From Takakia lepidozioides (lineage: Eukaryota; Plantae; Bryophyta): a stretch of 64,000 nt of DNA. Below are positions 1-13,660 of this stretch, piece by piece. Numbering within the stretch: the stretch's first letter is position 1; each line of letters opens with the position of its first letter. Made by a program: the position numbers and the translations under genes. The notes below the pieces were generated by a model. The model was not told the DNA's origin. It saw only the letters and a list, made by a program, of their open reading frames with translations, and searched no databases. The DNA lies in NCBI GenBank assembly GCA_030704615.1, contig CM060732.1, positions 38,874,001 to 38,938,000 on the forward strand, given 5' to 3'.

Positions 1-817
1 CAGGCCACACCGAGGAGCTTTGCTCGGCTCTCTCTCTCTCTCTCTCGCACCTTGAGAGCTCAACAGTTTGTTGGCCCGCCTGAAACCTTTCCCAATCGCC
101 AGGTGCCCTTTATATATTTAGCCGCCTCAAAGACTGCCTGCGGGGCAAACAGTATGGGATTATTCTTCCTCCCATTAGTCGATGGTCTAATACATCCCAC
201 GGCCCACGGCCCCGGGCCCTATCTCGGACTGGTAAGTTTTCATCCTGAAGCTTGACAGTGAATGGGATGACGATACCCGCGTGGAGGTAATCCTAATGAA
301 CGCAAGCTAGGCGACGCAGGCCATCGTTGGAGTTTAACAACGACGACAATGGAGCGTAACAAGTAACAACCTTCACAAAGGTAATTGTAACGGAGGGGGA
401 GAAGCACGTTTGCTGGCCTCGGTGTGTGAACGCGCTCTTTGTCGCGAGGGGAAGAAGGACAGGGGTCCTTGCAGAAATCTATGGTGGAAGAAGCTCCATT
501 ACAGCTGCTCGTGCTCGCCGTCTGCCTCAGAGTTTCTGTGTTTTGAAGAAGGGGGAGTATGTACGCAGTTTGTTGATGGAGGGTTTTAGAAGAGATTGAT
601 GCGAGGTTTCTATTTGCGTTGATGTGGGGCCCTCAGGGCGTCGAGGATTGGTGGTGTGATATTCAGGTGGTCCCAGAGGAAGTTGGTTTGGATACAGTGC
701 AGAAAAGAATTGCAGAAATAGAAGGAGGTCCAATCGTCTCTCAGACTTAAGCTTAGTTCCTTCGTTTATGTCACTGTCTTGTTTATCACCGGAGGTACAC
801 AACAGAAACAGGACGTC

Positions 818-3631
818 ATGCCCGAGGTGATGCAGCACTGGTCTGATTATACTCTGAGCATCGGTGATGTGAAGCGTGCGGACGCACCTGGCCAGTCGTC
901 TTCTGTGCTGGTGCTTCTCAATTACCGTCTGCCTCGTTACACTCCGTTGCTTTGGGATCAGGGTATTCACTCCTCTCTCGCTCTGGTTGTCGTTCCCTGT
1001 TTGTGTAGCACAGTGGAGCCCCGTCTCTTGAGTTTTCGCTCTTCCTCAATTTGGCAACCCTCTCTGCTTCTCCGCTGGGTTTGTTTTCGCTCTAGCATCA
1101 CTGCTGCTTTTGAAGTTCAATACTTTGACGACTTGTATGTTATTCCAACTTCGCATGACCACGAAAATAGGACGCTCCGATTCCGTGTGCGTTCTGCTGT
1201 TTGTGGAGAACAGGGCGTGCCGTATTTGACCGAAGAGGTCTTAGGTTGGCAGCACGTTTTCGTAACAATCATGTTACAGACTAAATTTGTTTTGTGTGTG
1301 AGTGAGAGGGGGAGAGAGAGAGAGGAGAAGACACTTTATCAGTAGTTTGATGGTGCAACAGACAAGAATGGGCAGCTGATAAATGGGTGTGCAGGGGGCT
1401 ACAGCTTGCCTGCGCGTTTGTGCCGATGGAGGTGCCAACCGTTTGTATGATGAGCTCCCTCTGTTGCTCCCCGGCCAAGACCCAGCCCTTGTGCGTCATC
1501 GGTATGCTCTCGTTGCCTTTTTCTGATGTTTCTGTCTCAATTCTATGTCCACCTCTTGACTTTGCCTCGCAGCTTGTCGAGTGAACAAGTCTCCTTATTT
1601 TTCTTATTCTTTTTCTTATTTCTTTCTTTCTTTCAGAAACAGATTCAACCACAAAATATACTCTAGGACTGAGGTCTTTACACCATACTTAGAAAATGGG
1701 AGGGAAACTCCAGGGGCTGGAGAGCTCGCACCCTTAATGTTATCATCTCAATTCCCACAACACCGGTTTTGTTACTGTGAGTGAAGGCGGCGTGATCCAC
1801 GTAAAATCAAGTCTGCTGTTAAAGTGCCGCTTTTCAACATTTGGATGACTGGAGTCAAGTCCATTTGTAAAGGCAAGTCCCATTGGAGAGAGTTCTGTGC
1901 CATTGGTGGCCCCATTCTGTTCTTCTGTGCGCTTCTCCTCTTTTCTCTTAACTGGGCATGGGGTTTATGGCCACAAGGCCACTGCCAGCATGGACTAACG
2001 AGGACATTGCCTCTTATTCCTCACATTCTCTCCCTGCCCCTCTCCCACAAATCGCACTTGATGTCTTAGGATATGGTTTATGGGGGAATGCAGGCACAAG
2101 CCAGATGTGATAAAAGGAGACTTGGATTCGATTCGTCCTGAAGTGAAAGATTTCTATGCAAAATTGGTAACCTCTTGCTGTCACAGTCACTTCACCAGTT
2201 TGAAATATAGTTGTGAAGTGCTTCATTGGATGTTTCAACGGAACTGTGTTTGTGTCCTAAGGGGTGTGTAGGGTTAAATTTTTTGATTGACCCGTCAAGT
2301 CAGCACTTTGAATCAAATAAGATCACGTTCCCACCAGAGTTAGTCATAAAGTGTTCAATGTCGTTGGTATTTGAATGTTTTCTTGATAAGTTTAAAGGTT
2401 ACAGAGGAAAGTCTTAGCATTGATCTACTTACGGTAAATTAGGCCCTTGTCTAGCCACGAAGTGGGGTTGGAGAGAGATCACCAGATCTGGGGGTTTGAA
2501 CTGGGGTGAAGACAAGACTGAGAGATACAATTGTTGGGCGATGCAGGGTACTACAATTGTCGACCAGTCATATGACCAGGATACCACTGACCTTCACAAA
2601 TGTGTGGTTTTTATAAGAGACTGCACACCTGACTTGGACAAGTCCCATGTGAGTGTTTGCCTCGTCTTTCAAGATGTTGTGTGGGGGAGAGAGACTATAC
2701 TCCATGTATGGTAGCCTTTGGCTCTATGCTGAGCAGAAAAGAGAGGGCATAAGGAGAGGCCTTAAGGTGGCAAGACAAGAGAAATTGGGGTGAACTACTG
2801 AAGTCTCAGTTCTACCTTGGTATGCACCTCTGTAAGAGAACAATTTTCTTTTTGGTCTTCAGTTCTCCAAGTGGGGTTGCTTTCCAACAGGCCCCCCCCC
2901 ATGCATGAGAAAGTGCTCACCATCTTTCAGCATCATGCCAACTGATGGGATATATGGCTTTCCATGCTCCCTGTACAGAGGCTGGCAAGCTAGTCTTAGT
3001 TTGGGCCCTTAGTTCTTGAGTCCCATTTTTCCATTTCCTCCCCTGACTCCTGCCCTTGAAATAATTAAGGACTTAGTGACTTGGCCTATTTGACAGGTTG
3101 GTCTTGCTTCAGAGGGACTGATGAACAGAGTTTTGATACCTATGTGTCATCAAGTCAAGCCAGTTGTTGCCACCACCCCACCTTACATTCATCTCTTTCT
3201 AATCAAGATCCTGATTCCGATCTCACACCAAAACTCACGGTTCTGAAGGAAGCTGAAAGAGAGTGACAATTCTGCTGGCTCTTTAGCACTTGATTAAAAA
3301 AATCTCTGGTTTGGGCGCCAGAGCTGTGCTCCTTATATGCTTCCCTCTCATATATAAGTGCATGGAGATGCTTGTCAGCTAAAGGTTCTGGTGGTGGGAG
3401 CACTGGGAGGGAGGTTTGACCACGAAGCTGCCAACATCAACATTCTCTATGTTTTTTCCAATGTGCTACGCATCGTGCTGTTAAGTGAAGAGAGTTCGGT
3501 TACACTACTATCCCCTGGCTTCCTACATGAGATTCACGTGGACCGTGTATTTGAGGGCCCTCATTGTGGCCTTGTTCCTTTAGGTGGTCCATCCACATCT
3601 ACTACCACCACTGGTCTTCATTGGAACTTAA
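818..3631 (+). CDS. TPK: Thiamine pyrophosphokinase, 5 exons (818-962, 1405-1501, 2094-2166, 2547-2648, 3379-3631); expected final exon not found, possibly 3'-truncated
   Basis: GT-AG spliced translation gives LVLLNYRLPRYTPLLW / CADGGANRLYDELP / KPDVIKGDLDSIR / DQDTTDLHKC / GALGGRFDHEAAN / EGPHCGLVPLG / TTTGLHWNL, all plant TPK motifs; no FGGLISTSN-type exon seen downstream. Confidence 0.88.
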
Positions 3632-4600
3632 GTGAGTATGAAGGGAGACGGCCGGATTCAGTGGTTGTCAATGTGTTTTTGGTAAAGGGAAAAGCAAAGG
3701 AGATTGTGAGAGTGGAGAGGATTTGCGAGGGGAGTGGAGGAGAAATTGTGCTATCATGATGAGAGTTGTGACTTTCAGTCTTCCTATTTTGATGAGGAGA
3801 GTTGACGAGGTTGCGAATTTACAAGTAAATCAAAACAGCTTTCTGATGTCTTGTGCCTGTTACTGCTGTTGTTGGTTTGTCTTTCCGGCATGATGCAGGA
3901 TTGTGACCTTGCCGATATATATGGAGAGTGAGGGATATGTGCTATTTTGTAACACAGAAAATACATGCCCATTTACAGACCTAAGGGGGCTGCTGAGCAG
4001 TTTTAACACTTTCTTGGTGATGGCTGCCTGCAGACAAGACAGCAATGGCGTTTGGATCATTGATCAGCACCTGCAATACTCTTGAGAATGACGTAGTGAC
4101 TGTGGACTCTGACGCATATTTGCTTTGGACTACTGAAATTCGATACCATCCGTAGATGCTCCTCTTGATTGATTATGGCTTTCACTCCACTGCAAGACTG
4201 TAGATACTCTGGAAAGATTACATTGTAATGACTGTAGCCTCGCAGGGGTTTGCCTTTCAAGCCCGTCTTTGCGAGCCCGAGTGCGAGATCATGCCCCTTG
4301 TAGCGATCTGCTGCGTGCACTCCTGGATGTCTGTGTTCGAGCTTGTGAATCCCTCGGCAGTTTTCGATTCTAAGAAGAAATAGACCAACATAAAGACTAC
4401 CGAGGGAGTAATGGATGACCCCAGTTACCGCATTTGTGCATAGCCTATATATTCCATAGTGTTCACACCATAAGGCGGGAACTATATCATTTGCTGCAAA
4501 AGAGAGTGTTGGATCCAAGGAAAGGCTCAGTGTGAGGCAGGGGTTTGGTAGCTTAGATCCGATCACTCCATTTTGTTTTTGAGGGAGGAAGCAGGCGCTG

Positions 4601-4718
4601 ATGGAGAAGAGGAAAGCACAAGTGCCTTTGGTGTGTCATGGCCATTCACGTCCTATTGTGGATTTGTCATACAGTCCTAAAACTCCGGATGGGTTTTTCT
4701 TGGTCAGCGCCAGTAAAG
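4601..4718 (+). pseudogene. First exon of a STRAP/UNRIP-like WD40 gene (orphan fragment)
   Basis: MEKRKAQVPLVCHGHSRPIVDLSYSPKTPDGFFLVSASK followed by a GT donor; downstream exons (GDWIGTFEGHKGAVW type) not found. Confidence 0.75.
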
Positions 4719-7480
4719 GTATGGGACCTGCAGTTTCATTCCCTTTAAGTCTTCTTTGTGTCCCTTCAGTCCCCTCCCTGTCTCTTTCTCCTCTTTCTAC
4801 AGCTAGGATATAGTGATCTATAGGCCCATCGCAACACAGGAGTTGCATGGTCCACGGCCTCAAGGCTAGGTCAAGCGCAACCTGTAGTCTCTCCCTCTAA
4901 CTTGAAGATATGGAGAAGGGGGTTTGAGGCAACAATGTGGCGGGATGTAGCAGCGTCAAACACAGATAGTTTTTATTCAGTTGGAAGCTCTTTTGCGGGT
5001 TTCTGAAATGCCTATGCCTATTGAAGATACTTTCACTTTCTAGGTATGCTCCAAATTCTTGATTTGGTAGCAGTCTCTGATCTGCAGCCTAAGCTTCTAA
5101 TCAATTTGGACTAAATTGAGATAGAGTAGGGGAGAAGATGTGCGGATCTTTGGCCATTGATTCAAATATTTGTTAGTAGATGGTTATATCTTGTCGTGGC
5201 GTAATTCCTTCAAAAGGGACGCATTTGGGTGAGGTTTTGTTGCTCTCAAGGAATGGTATATGGGCGTGTCTGTGGGGTGCTCTCTCTCTCTCTCTCTCTC
5301 AGCCAACTTCACAGATGACAGCAATTAGAGCATTTTTGGTTGAATTTAGACAGGTAAGTTAATTGTGCTACTTGATCAGTGGCAACTGTCTAAGATCACA
5401 TGCTTTTGAAGTGACATTGGGAAGATGAAATTGTCAAGGTGTTGCCCTCTGACTATTTTTGTAGCTTGTCTGCTGAGCTTCAGCTCCTCTATCACGATCT
5501 TGCAGTGCTGCGAGTGCCTACCATAGGTTGCCACCATGAGTTCGTGCTTTGCACCAGAATTGTCCTTCTTTTAGGTTTTCATTATCCCTTATGTCTATGA
5601 GCAGTCTGAGAGTGCTTCATGGCTGGTAAAATATACAGTGGAACAGGTCTTCTTTATTGCTTCTCTTTAACCTCATTGGTGCCTCTCTCTTTGGATGATT
5701 CCATACTCTATGTACATGTATTTGGGTTTTACATCTAATGAAGGAAAGTGGGAAAGAGACGAGAGAGGAAGTAATTAGAACCTCTTTGTCCGGACACTGG
5801 GCAAGAGACATGGTCTTGGATGGACAAGTACTGGATGTGCACTTCCCAATCCTTGGGACTTTCCTATTGTCAAGAGTCCAGCATTGCTTGGCAGGATGTT
5901 TGAATCCAAATGTCCACATCATGAATGTGTGTACACATTCAATCGGGAATGTCCACATGTAGATGAGTTTCTAGAAGCACTAGTCATGTCAAGATAGCAT
6001 AAAGTTTCTCTCCTGTAGGAGGCATATATCTCTCTTTTTCCCTCCATTTTTCTCTTACCATCAGGTACCTTGGGGGAGTTCTTTTGTCTACAAAGCAGGA
6101 ACTTAGTAATGTAGTGGCAATTTATGTAGCAAAGAAACTACAGAGCTCCCCAACTTATGGCATCCTTGGAAACTAAGTGCAGTAGTTGGTGAGAACCCAC
6201 AGACACACCTTAGATTTGGAGTCCTGCAGCATGATTTCCATTGTCTAGTGTGTGGGTGAAATGTCAGCAGAGTGAAGGTGGCAAGCACACAAGTTCACCA
6301 CACCTGCACAGTTGAAAGAAACAAAACAACAGAAACAAAGCAACAGAGTGACTGTGCTTCGTTTTATGAACTTTGTAACACCATGAGAAAGTTTGGATCT
6401 AGAAAGAAGGAACTGACACACCAATTCACATGCACGGTCTTGAGACAACTCCCAAATGAGTTGTGTCAATCTGCAATACCAAAAGACGAAGAGAAGGACG
6501 TATAATTCACTCTCTTGCAATCGGCGACAATCCATGTACTTTAAGTTATTGGAAATCCAGACTACTGCTGCCCGCCCACCATGCCATGGTGTCATCCCCA
6601 ATCAACAACTCCTTTTTCTCATTCAGGAAGTTGAACAGCTATGCTTGAGAGTCTCTTGGTGATGGTCTGGAGGGCCTGGTCGACAACGGTGAGGCCTGGC
6701 CATGCCGTCAGCCACCTCTCCTGCAATTCATGAGATGTCCGAAAATCCTGAAGCAACTGGCCCCAATCGGACACTCAGAGCAGTTTCCCGCTGCCTTTCT
6801 CAGACATGGTGTCCGGACCCACCTTCCAACTCTACCTTATCCAAGCATCCACAGGCCCCTGCATTGCCATACTCCCAATCTTGCACCAATTCCACAAACT
6901 TACGACAAATCTCTCCAAGAGTGGACAGGCAATTGCTTGCACAGCTCTTGGTTGCTGCAAGCGAAAATGCCAACCACTACGTTACTGTTGAACCTTACCC
7001 AACTAAATTACCTTAGTTTCGCGCCTCCTCTCACTGCATACATGTATGGTTGAGCTCCCCTTGGGCTCAGACGGCTTGAATGCCTCATCTCTGTGACAGC
7101 AGTTGCTGCCCTCTAGAGTTGCAGTCTCACCTTCCGGCGTTCGGAATAGATGCGGGTTTTCTTTTAGGGGATACACTTTAGACGCTGTTATAGTCATTGA
7201 AATTGCCGTCCTTTTTGCACTCCTTGTATCGACTGTAGGACTGTTGGTTCTTTTACCAACCAAGCAAGTCTGCATGAGCACAAGTTTTGCGGCATGTTCT
7301 TCAAGAACCTTGTTCTGGGTTTTGTTACCAGATTCTCTTGCCGACCAGGTCAAATTCGATACTGCCCCTGTCAGCGTTTCTCTCTTTGGTTTTCGCTCGT
7401 CAATCTTATGCCATTGTCTCACTACTCTTATTACCGGTGTCGTTTGCTCTGTCTGGATATCGGTTGCTTCAATGGGGATT

Positions 7481-8125
7481 ACGTGTTGGTAGTTGACTTT
7501 CGTTTCGAGTGCTAACTGCAGCTCCCAGATCTTTCACTACTTTTCACTATCCCGATCTTCATCGTTTGTGTGTGTCACTTGTTCATTGCCTGTCGTTTCT
7601 TCTGTTCGTTTATTCAACCCCAATGTCGATGTCCTCCCCGTCTGTTTCCACATCTCTGTGCATCCCCATCTTTTTTCTTTTTCCTGTTCGGCCACAGCTT
7701 CCTTCCTAGGGATAGCGTTTTGCAACGAGCCGAAGTTGCGTGTCGAGGCGGAGATTGAATATGCCATTGAGCTTGCGAGGGAAGAGAGCAGCAGCATGTC
7801 AAGCCAAAACTTAACAAGATTCTTTGATCAGTGTCGAATTCCAAACAAGAGAGAGAAAACCTTTGGGTAACTGTCAGTGTCTGCCGAATAGACTTACAGC
7901 ATACCTACACTGCATAGAGTACAAGCACACATGATTTCAGAGGAAAAATAGGTATTGAAATGATGAAGCTCCAAAAATATATTACAGTTTGGTAGGTCCA
8001 TAAAATTGAGGATAGATGGGTAGATTCCCTTCTGATGTGTAGGGAACTCAGCTTGTCAGCTTAAATTGGCATAAAGAACAGCTTGGTGGTTTTACAGGCA
8101 TCTCTCCTTTCCGAGCATTGGAAAC
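7481..8125 (+). repeat. Dispersed repeat; diverged inverted copy at ~15453-16128 and partial direct copy at ~12397-12667
   Basis: Shared blocks such as cggccacagcttccttcctaggg and cagcttgtcagcttaaattggcataaagaacagcttggtgg. Confidence 0.85.
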
Positions 8126-8599
8126 AAAATTTTCTTCTTCTCAGCCTTTGCAATCGTCCTAGGCTTCATTGTGTTTCTCTTGTTGCTGTTGCTCGTGCCT
8201 GTCAGATTTCAAGCAGCCTTCCGGTTGGGGCGAGTCTTGACCTTTCACCTTTTCCACTGTTTCAATGAGAACCCACAGCTCATCTGATTTCAACAGCCTG
8301 CATAACACGTACACAAGGACTAATCCCCCAAACGAGCTAGATCAGCCACACAACAGCGTTATTCAGTCCCTCTTATTACCTACCTGTCTGTCTGGTAAGT
8401 CCAACCCCCGACCGACACACATATAACCCTGCCAATGCACCTTTTATCCTGTGGTCTCTGTACAAGTTGTCCACCTAGTAAGGTGCCAAACCAGCTTCAC
8501 TAGCTGGAAGTAACAAGGGTTGTGACTAATCATCTCTCACATATGGCAACCATGATGACTAAGAGGGAGAGACAAACCATTGCCTGTGTAGGTAATGAA

Positions 8600-10245
8600 G
8601 TAATCTGCAAATTCGTTGACTGGTTGCTGTAGCTACAATACTTGATGTCTCAGATCATCATCACCTCACAAATTCTTGACTTCTCTCACACTTCAGAGTA
8701 TGATCATACAATTCCCTCATTAAAAGTGCTGCCTAACAATCTTTGTGCCACAATGAGTGCATGTTCCTTGTGTCCCAGACCCCATGCTTGCGAACTGGTG
8801 GGCGTCAAATCCAATCCTCACCACCAATTTCCAGAACATAAATGTTTCATCCACATGGAAATTACGTCTGGAGATTTCATATCCCGTGACCTAAGAATTT
8901 TTTAAGTTGCAGATACTGTACTGACACATATCTGCACACATCACTATAGCTCAGACAAAATGATCCTCCACACAAGACTTCAGTGAAAATGATTATCTGG
9001 GTGAGATCTGGACATACAAGTGCCATCCAAGTGCCAAGCAAGTTAAAATTCTCCTCCATAACCCCAGTAGATTCCATGTCACTTCCAGGCACAATGTATA
9101 ATTAAGACCAACCGACTATATGCACCCAACGAATCCTCATATTCGCCGAGTTCACAAGGCACAGTGTGAATTATTCATCTCCAGATGAACACGTCATGAG
9201 TCTCAGGCTTGTTCACCTCTTTCCTTCTCAGATTCAACATCACCCGAGAATTCTGAACGACAGACTCACAGAGTCATGTGCAAGAGCAACACATACAACC
9301 CCTAAATTCCACCGACAATGTAAAGACCTTCCTGGATAGGGCTATGCACACGCACACCAGCAGATTGCCCCAACCATATTGAATACCACACTGGGGCTGA
9401 TGAGATTACTAAATCAGGTGGAATGGCGGGGTGTAAAGAGGGAAGTGGAGTGGTGGGAAGCACCTGCAAAGAAAGCTTTGGAAGGAGATGAACGAGCTCA
9501 CACGATGCATGCGTGCAAATAAATGTCCAACAAGCATTTCTTATCAGGTCGGCAAACCAGCCACAGCAATGCCGCTCGGACAGCTGCTGGTAAGAAACAA
9601 AAGTGTCCAACCTCAAGTCGGCTACAATGCACTGCACACACTTGTCAAAGAACTCCATGCACAAAAAACACCCTGCGACCAGTGCTGCCATCACATTATC
9701 TCCAGTGAAAACTGGGCTCATACCATACATGTAGGAGAAGGCAATCTCCAGCCCTTCTGCTTTCACATTAGGGTCTATCTGCAGTTCGATTTGCAGCTTT
9801 CCGTACCATGGCACGTGGCTGGGCACAAGGACAGTGAAGAGCAAGGGACACCAATTCACGCCACTGGCAGGCAACACAGATGGACCACAGGAGTGCTTGA
9901 GGAGGCTTGCTGGATTTTTGCTGGTCCTGTGCAGCATGTCTAGTAGTTTGAAATGCTTCCACCCCCCAGCCCCCTTGCTGAGTAGCTTGCATCTCCACTT
10001 CCAGTTCTCTGTCTCCTCATGGGCTTGACCAACCTGCCCCAATTACAATGTGGACCAGATGCCAGGGCATATAGGCCAGATGCAGCCATGTATCTCCAAC
10101 ATCAATCTCTGTTATATACATTTCTCCCCCACTTTGACTGCTGCAAAGGTGCACCCGAATGGACAAATCACTCCACTACCAGGCAGCATACATGGACCAG
10201 AGCAGTGCTTGCAAAAGCCTGCTGGCTTTTTGCTGGGGTTGTACA
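8600..10245 (-). pseudogene. BTB/POZ(-BACK) protein pseudogene, germ-cell-less-like plant family
   Basis: ORF 9302-10042 contains IDPNVKAEGLEIAFSYMYG...NVMAALVAGCFL...IRNACWTFIC..LPKLSLQ; downstream part has stops; internal ~310-bp duplication; outer limits approximate. Confidence 0.7.
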
Positions 10246-10919
10246 ATGTACATGCAATCCATATTGCATTGTGCCCCTCACCTCCTGTTTCAGTGAGGTT
10301 TTCCCTCACTTGTTAATACACTCTTCCCCCCCCCGGCTCTCCACTCTATTTCTGTAGGAAGCTTACTTCCCCTTATGATAGACCTGCCCACAAGACACTT
10401 GGTCTTCAGTCTTGCTGCCTGCTCCCAGCAACAGCACCCTCAGTTTAGCAAATCCCTGCCAAACATTACTCTTACATGCACATTGTATATACCTATTTCA
10501 CATCTACTAGTCTGGCATTTGTCTACTTTCCACTCTGCAACTGTGTGATCAAGCACGTTACTAACACCATCATTCAAAATTTATGCTTTACAAATTCCAG
10601 ACCACTCCACTCTTCACAAGGAGTCCCCCACTTCAGGGGATAGAGAGGATTACTCAAATATATTCAAACATGATTTCACAATACATACTCAAACAATTTC
10701 CGTTGGATCAAATCAGTCATGTCAAAAATATTTACTCTCAAGAATTCAGACATGAATCTACACTATATTCTCAGGATATCATGGCTGAAACAAAGCAGAT
10801 CTGTACAAAATTTCTAACATCACCACAAAAAGGTGAGACATGTCCCTATGTGCCTGCAACTACATGTAAAATACCAAAACACAAAACTCAGAAACAACAA
10901 TAAGGTTAGAAATATTCTT

Positions 10920-11941
10920 CAACATCTCCTAATCTTGCTCTTGTTCTCCTCTCATTCTCTCATTCCAGTTTGAACATCATCCACTGAAAATTTCGACAAT
11001 TCGTCTGCTCCACGACCATCGTCTTCTGCATAATAATCAAAATCACATATCAGGATTGTGCAAACTTGTATAGAAGCAAATAAAATGTTGACTCACTCAA
11101 TAGGAGACGCAGTTGGCTCTCCATTCTCGGTATAGAACTGATATTTGATCTTTGCGTGGTCAAGAATCGCGCAGACAATGAAGGCTTGATGGAGTGTGAA
11201 TGGTGAACCCAGGTATACCTCTACCACTGTGGAGTCATCGTAATGGTGGATATGATGACACAAAACCTTTATAAATTTAGGAAGCTCATTCCATATCTGA
11301 GACTGGATCTCCTAAGGAACCCGTCTTACTTTGATTGAGAGCAACTCCAAGGGTCCTCCTAAACTCTGGATTGCCCAAAGTCAGCTCTCGGAGATTGGCT
11401 GTAACGGATCCGCGGTCCAATATGTGACCGATTACTTGACCAAGTGCTCTGGGCGTTTGGAAACACAATTCGTAAACATTAATACAAAGTGGAGTTCAAA
11501 ATTAAACACATAACAACTTCAATACATTTCAATTGTTGAGGCACGCTCACCCAAAGCGGAAAACGTAAAGATGGGCAGCATCCTCTCCACCAAAGCCTGC
11601 ATCTTCTCCAATTGAATCTTCATCTCAGCATCAAAGTCCTTAAGCTTCTTCAGTCGAATCTTCATCTCTGAGACCTCAGCCTCAACGTCCTCAACCTTCT
11701 TTAGTATCTTCATCCGAATCTTCATCTCTGAGACCTCGGCAGCAAGGTATTCAACCATCTTGTCCACAGACTTGGATGGTACATCCTGGGAGATGAACAC
11801 CCTGGACGGCACCAATCTTCGCAAACCCAAAGCATGAAAGCGCACTGAAATCTCGCGCATGGCCACCATCATCCTGCAGTTGCTTACAGGTGTCAATATG
11901 GAAAGCAGAAGTGGTGATTGAACACAGACCCGTACTCTCAC
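10920..11941 (-). pseudogene. Uncharacterised gene or pseudogene with a short coiled-coil repeat (AEVSEMKIR x2-3)
   Basis: ORF 11519-11941 plus fragmentary downstream frames; 5' part duplicated in the inverted repeat arm. Confidence 0.35.
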
Positions 11942-12697
11942 TCAAATTGCAGGCTGAACTGTGCTAAGTTCCTTGTCAACGGTGAGGTGATCTTATTGGG
12001 TGACTTCAATGCCCGGGGGGGCAAAGGTCTTCAATAGGATGATACCATTGGGCCTTTCGGTGAGGATGAGCCGAATTTCTAATGGAAGACGGACCCTAAA
12101 CCCTAATGAACTGTCCCAAAGAGCTTCAGCTTTCGACCTTGAATAATAGGTCAAAAGGAGACCTAAAGCAATGGACTCGTGAAAAGCCCAAACTGAGGAA
12201 CGATCCGTTGTGGATTATATCATCGTGGACAAGCCCCACAGTGCCACTGTGTTGATTGACAGAACTGATATTAGTGCCTCCGACCACTTCCGGTTTGGAC
12301 TAAGATCAAAAGCTGTTTCCCCAACACCGAAAGATTGCGAAACGATTGATTCGGAAGTGGCGCATACAAAAATTTCCAAAATGAAGAGGTTAGGTACGTG
12401 TTGGTAGTTGAGTCCCTCATCCCTGATCTTTCTCTACTTTCACGATCCCGATCTTCATCTATTCAGCAGCGTTTGCGTGTGTCACTTGTTCACTGCCTGT
12501 CGTTTTCTTTTGTTCGTTTATTCAACCCCAATGTCGATGTCCTCCACGTCTGTTTTCACATCTCCTTGCTATGACCATCTCTGTGTATCCCCATCTTTTT
12601 TCTTTTTTCCTATTCGGCCACAGCTTCCTTCCTAGGGTTAGCGTTTTGCGACGAGCCGAAGTTGCGTAGATAGGAAATTCGTCCCGAATGGTGTCCT
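11647..12697. repeat. Left arm of ~1.05 kb near-identical inverted repeat (partner 15828-16895)
   Basis: Near-identical ORFs on opposite strands (12210-12407 vs 16118-16315; 12408-12635 vs 15890-16117). Confidence 0.95.
11965..12295 (+). mobile_element. Degenerate LINE AP-endonuclease fragment inside the inverted repeat (mirror copy ~16230-16560, - strand)
   Basis: GEVILLGDFNAR, IGPFGE..NGRR, VDYIIV and SDHF motifs across frameshifts. Confidence 0.7.
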
Positions 12698-13660
12698 CAC
12701 TATGGTCTAGCACGGTATGAATAATATTCATCTCAAAGCCACACTCTGATATGCAGGTCTCGATATTTGCATATTCTCAGGAGTCTCTAAGAAAATACAT
12801 CTGCACAAATGAGTGCAGGCACCAGAAGAGAACAACACACTTGAAGATTGCCGCGAAAGGCCACACACCAATTGATCAGAGAACTGTTTTGGTCGTGGAC
12901 CCAAGGACAACAACAACATCTAGCCATCCCCACCCCATATTGCGGCAGTTTCTCTGTATCTTTCCAATGCCAGCATGCCCGCCGGCAGAAGTTCGCATTT
13001 CACCTGCTCAACACATAACTCACACGAAAAGGACACCAGATTGCGCTGGGTCTATTGCGGGTCCATCGATGGTGGGGCTGACCCAAAAGCTTCCAAACTA
13101 TATGGGAGATTTCTCTGTAAGTAATCTCTTAACTTGTGTTGAAGCAAGCTTAACTTATGGTGTCACTTGATTATGGTGTCACTTGACCCCCAAGGACTGT
13201 TGCCTTCCAACAATTCCAACAAGAAGGTCGACACCCTTTGTGACATCCAACACGCTTATGTGGTTTTGAACCACAACCACTAGGAAAGCAAGCTGGGTAA
13301 GCTTGGCTGTCTACTGTGTGTCTTTCTCTTCAAACTCCAAAGCAACCCAATTTCAGAAATGACAAGGCTTTCGCTGTGCAACAACTACATATCTCCGACA
13401 ACACAGTACTTTTGTTGTAGAAAGCCAAAGCACAGCAGGGATGGCTTTGAGCAATGGATGATCGAACTAGATACTCATTGTTCAAGGTTTATACATTTCC
13501 AGGCTTTAGGATGTCTAAAATGAGGGGCAAACATTCTGTTTATGGCGCATCTAATTCATTTCTTTCAAATTACCACTCTACATTGTAAATAAATGGAGAG
13601 GTCTTCTCTATACATCAGATGCATTCCTTCTCTGATGGGGTACTTAGTGTGTTGATTGCA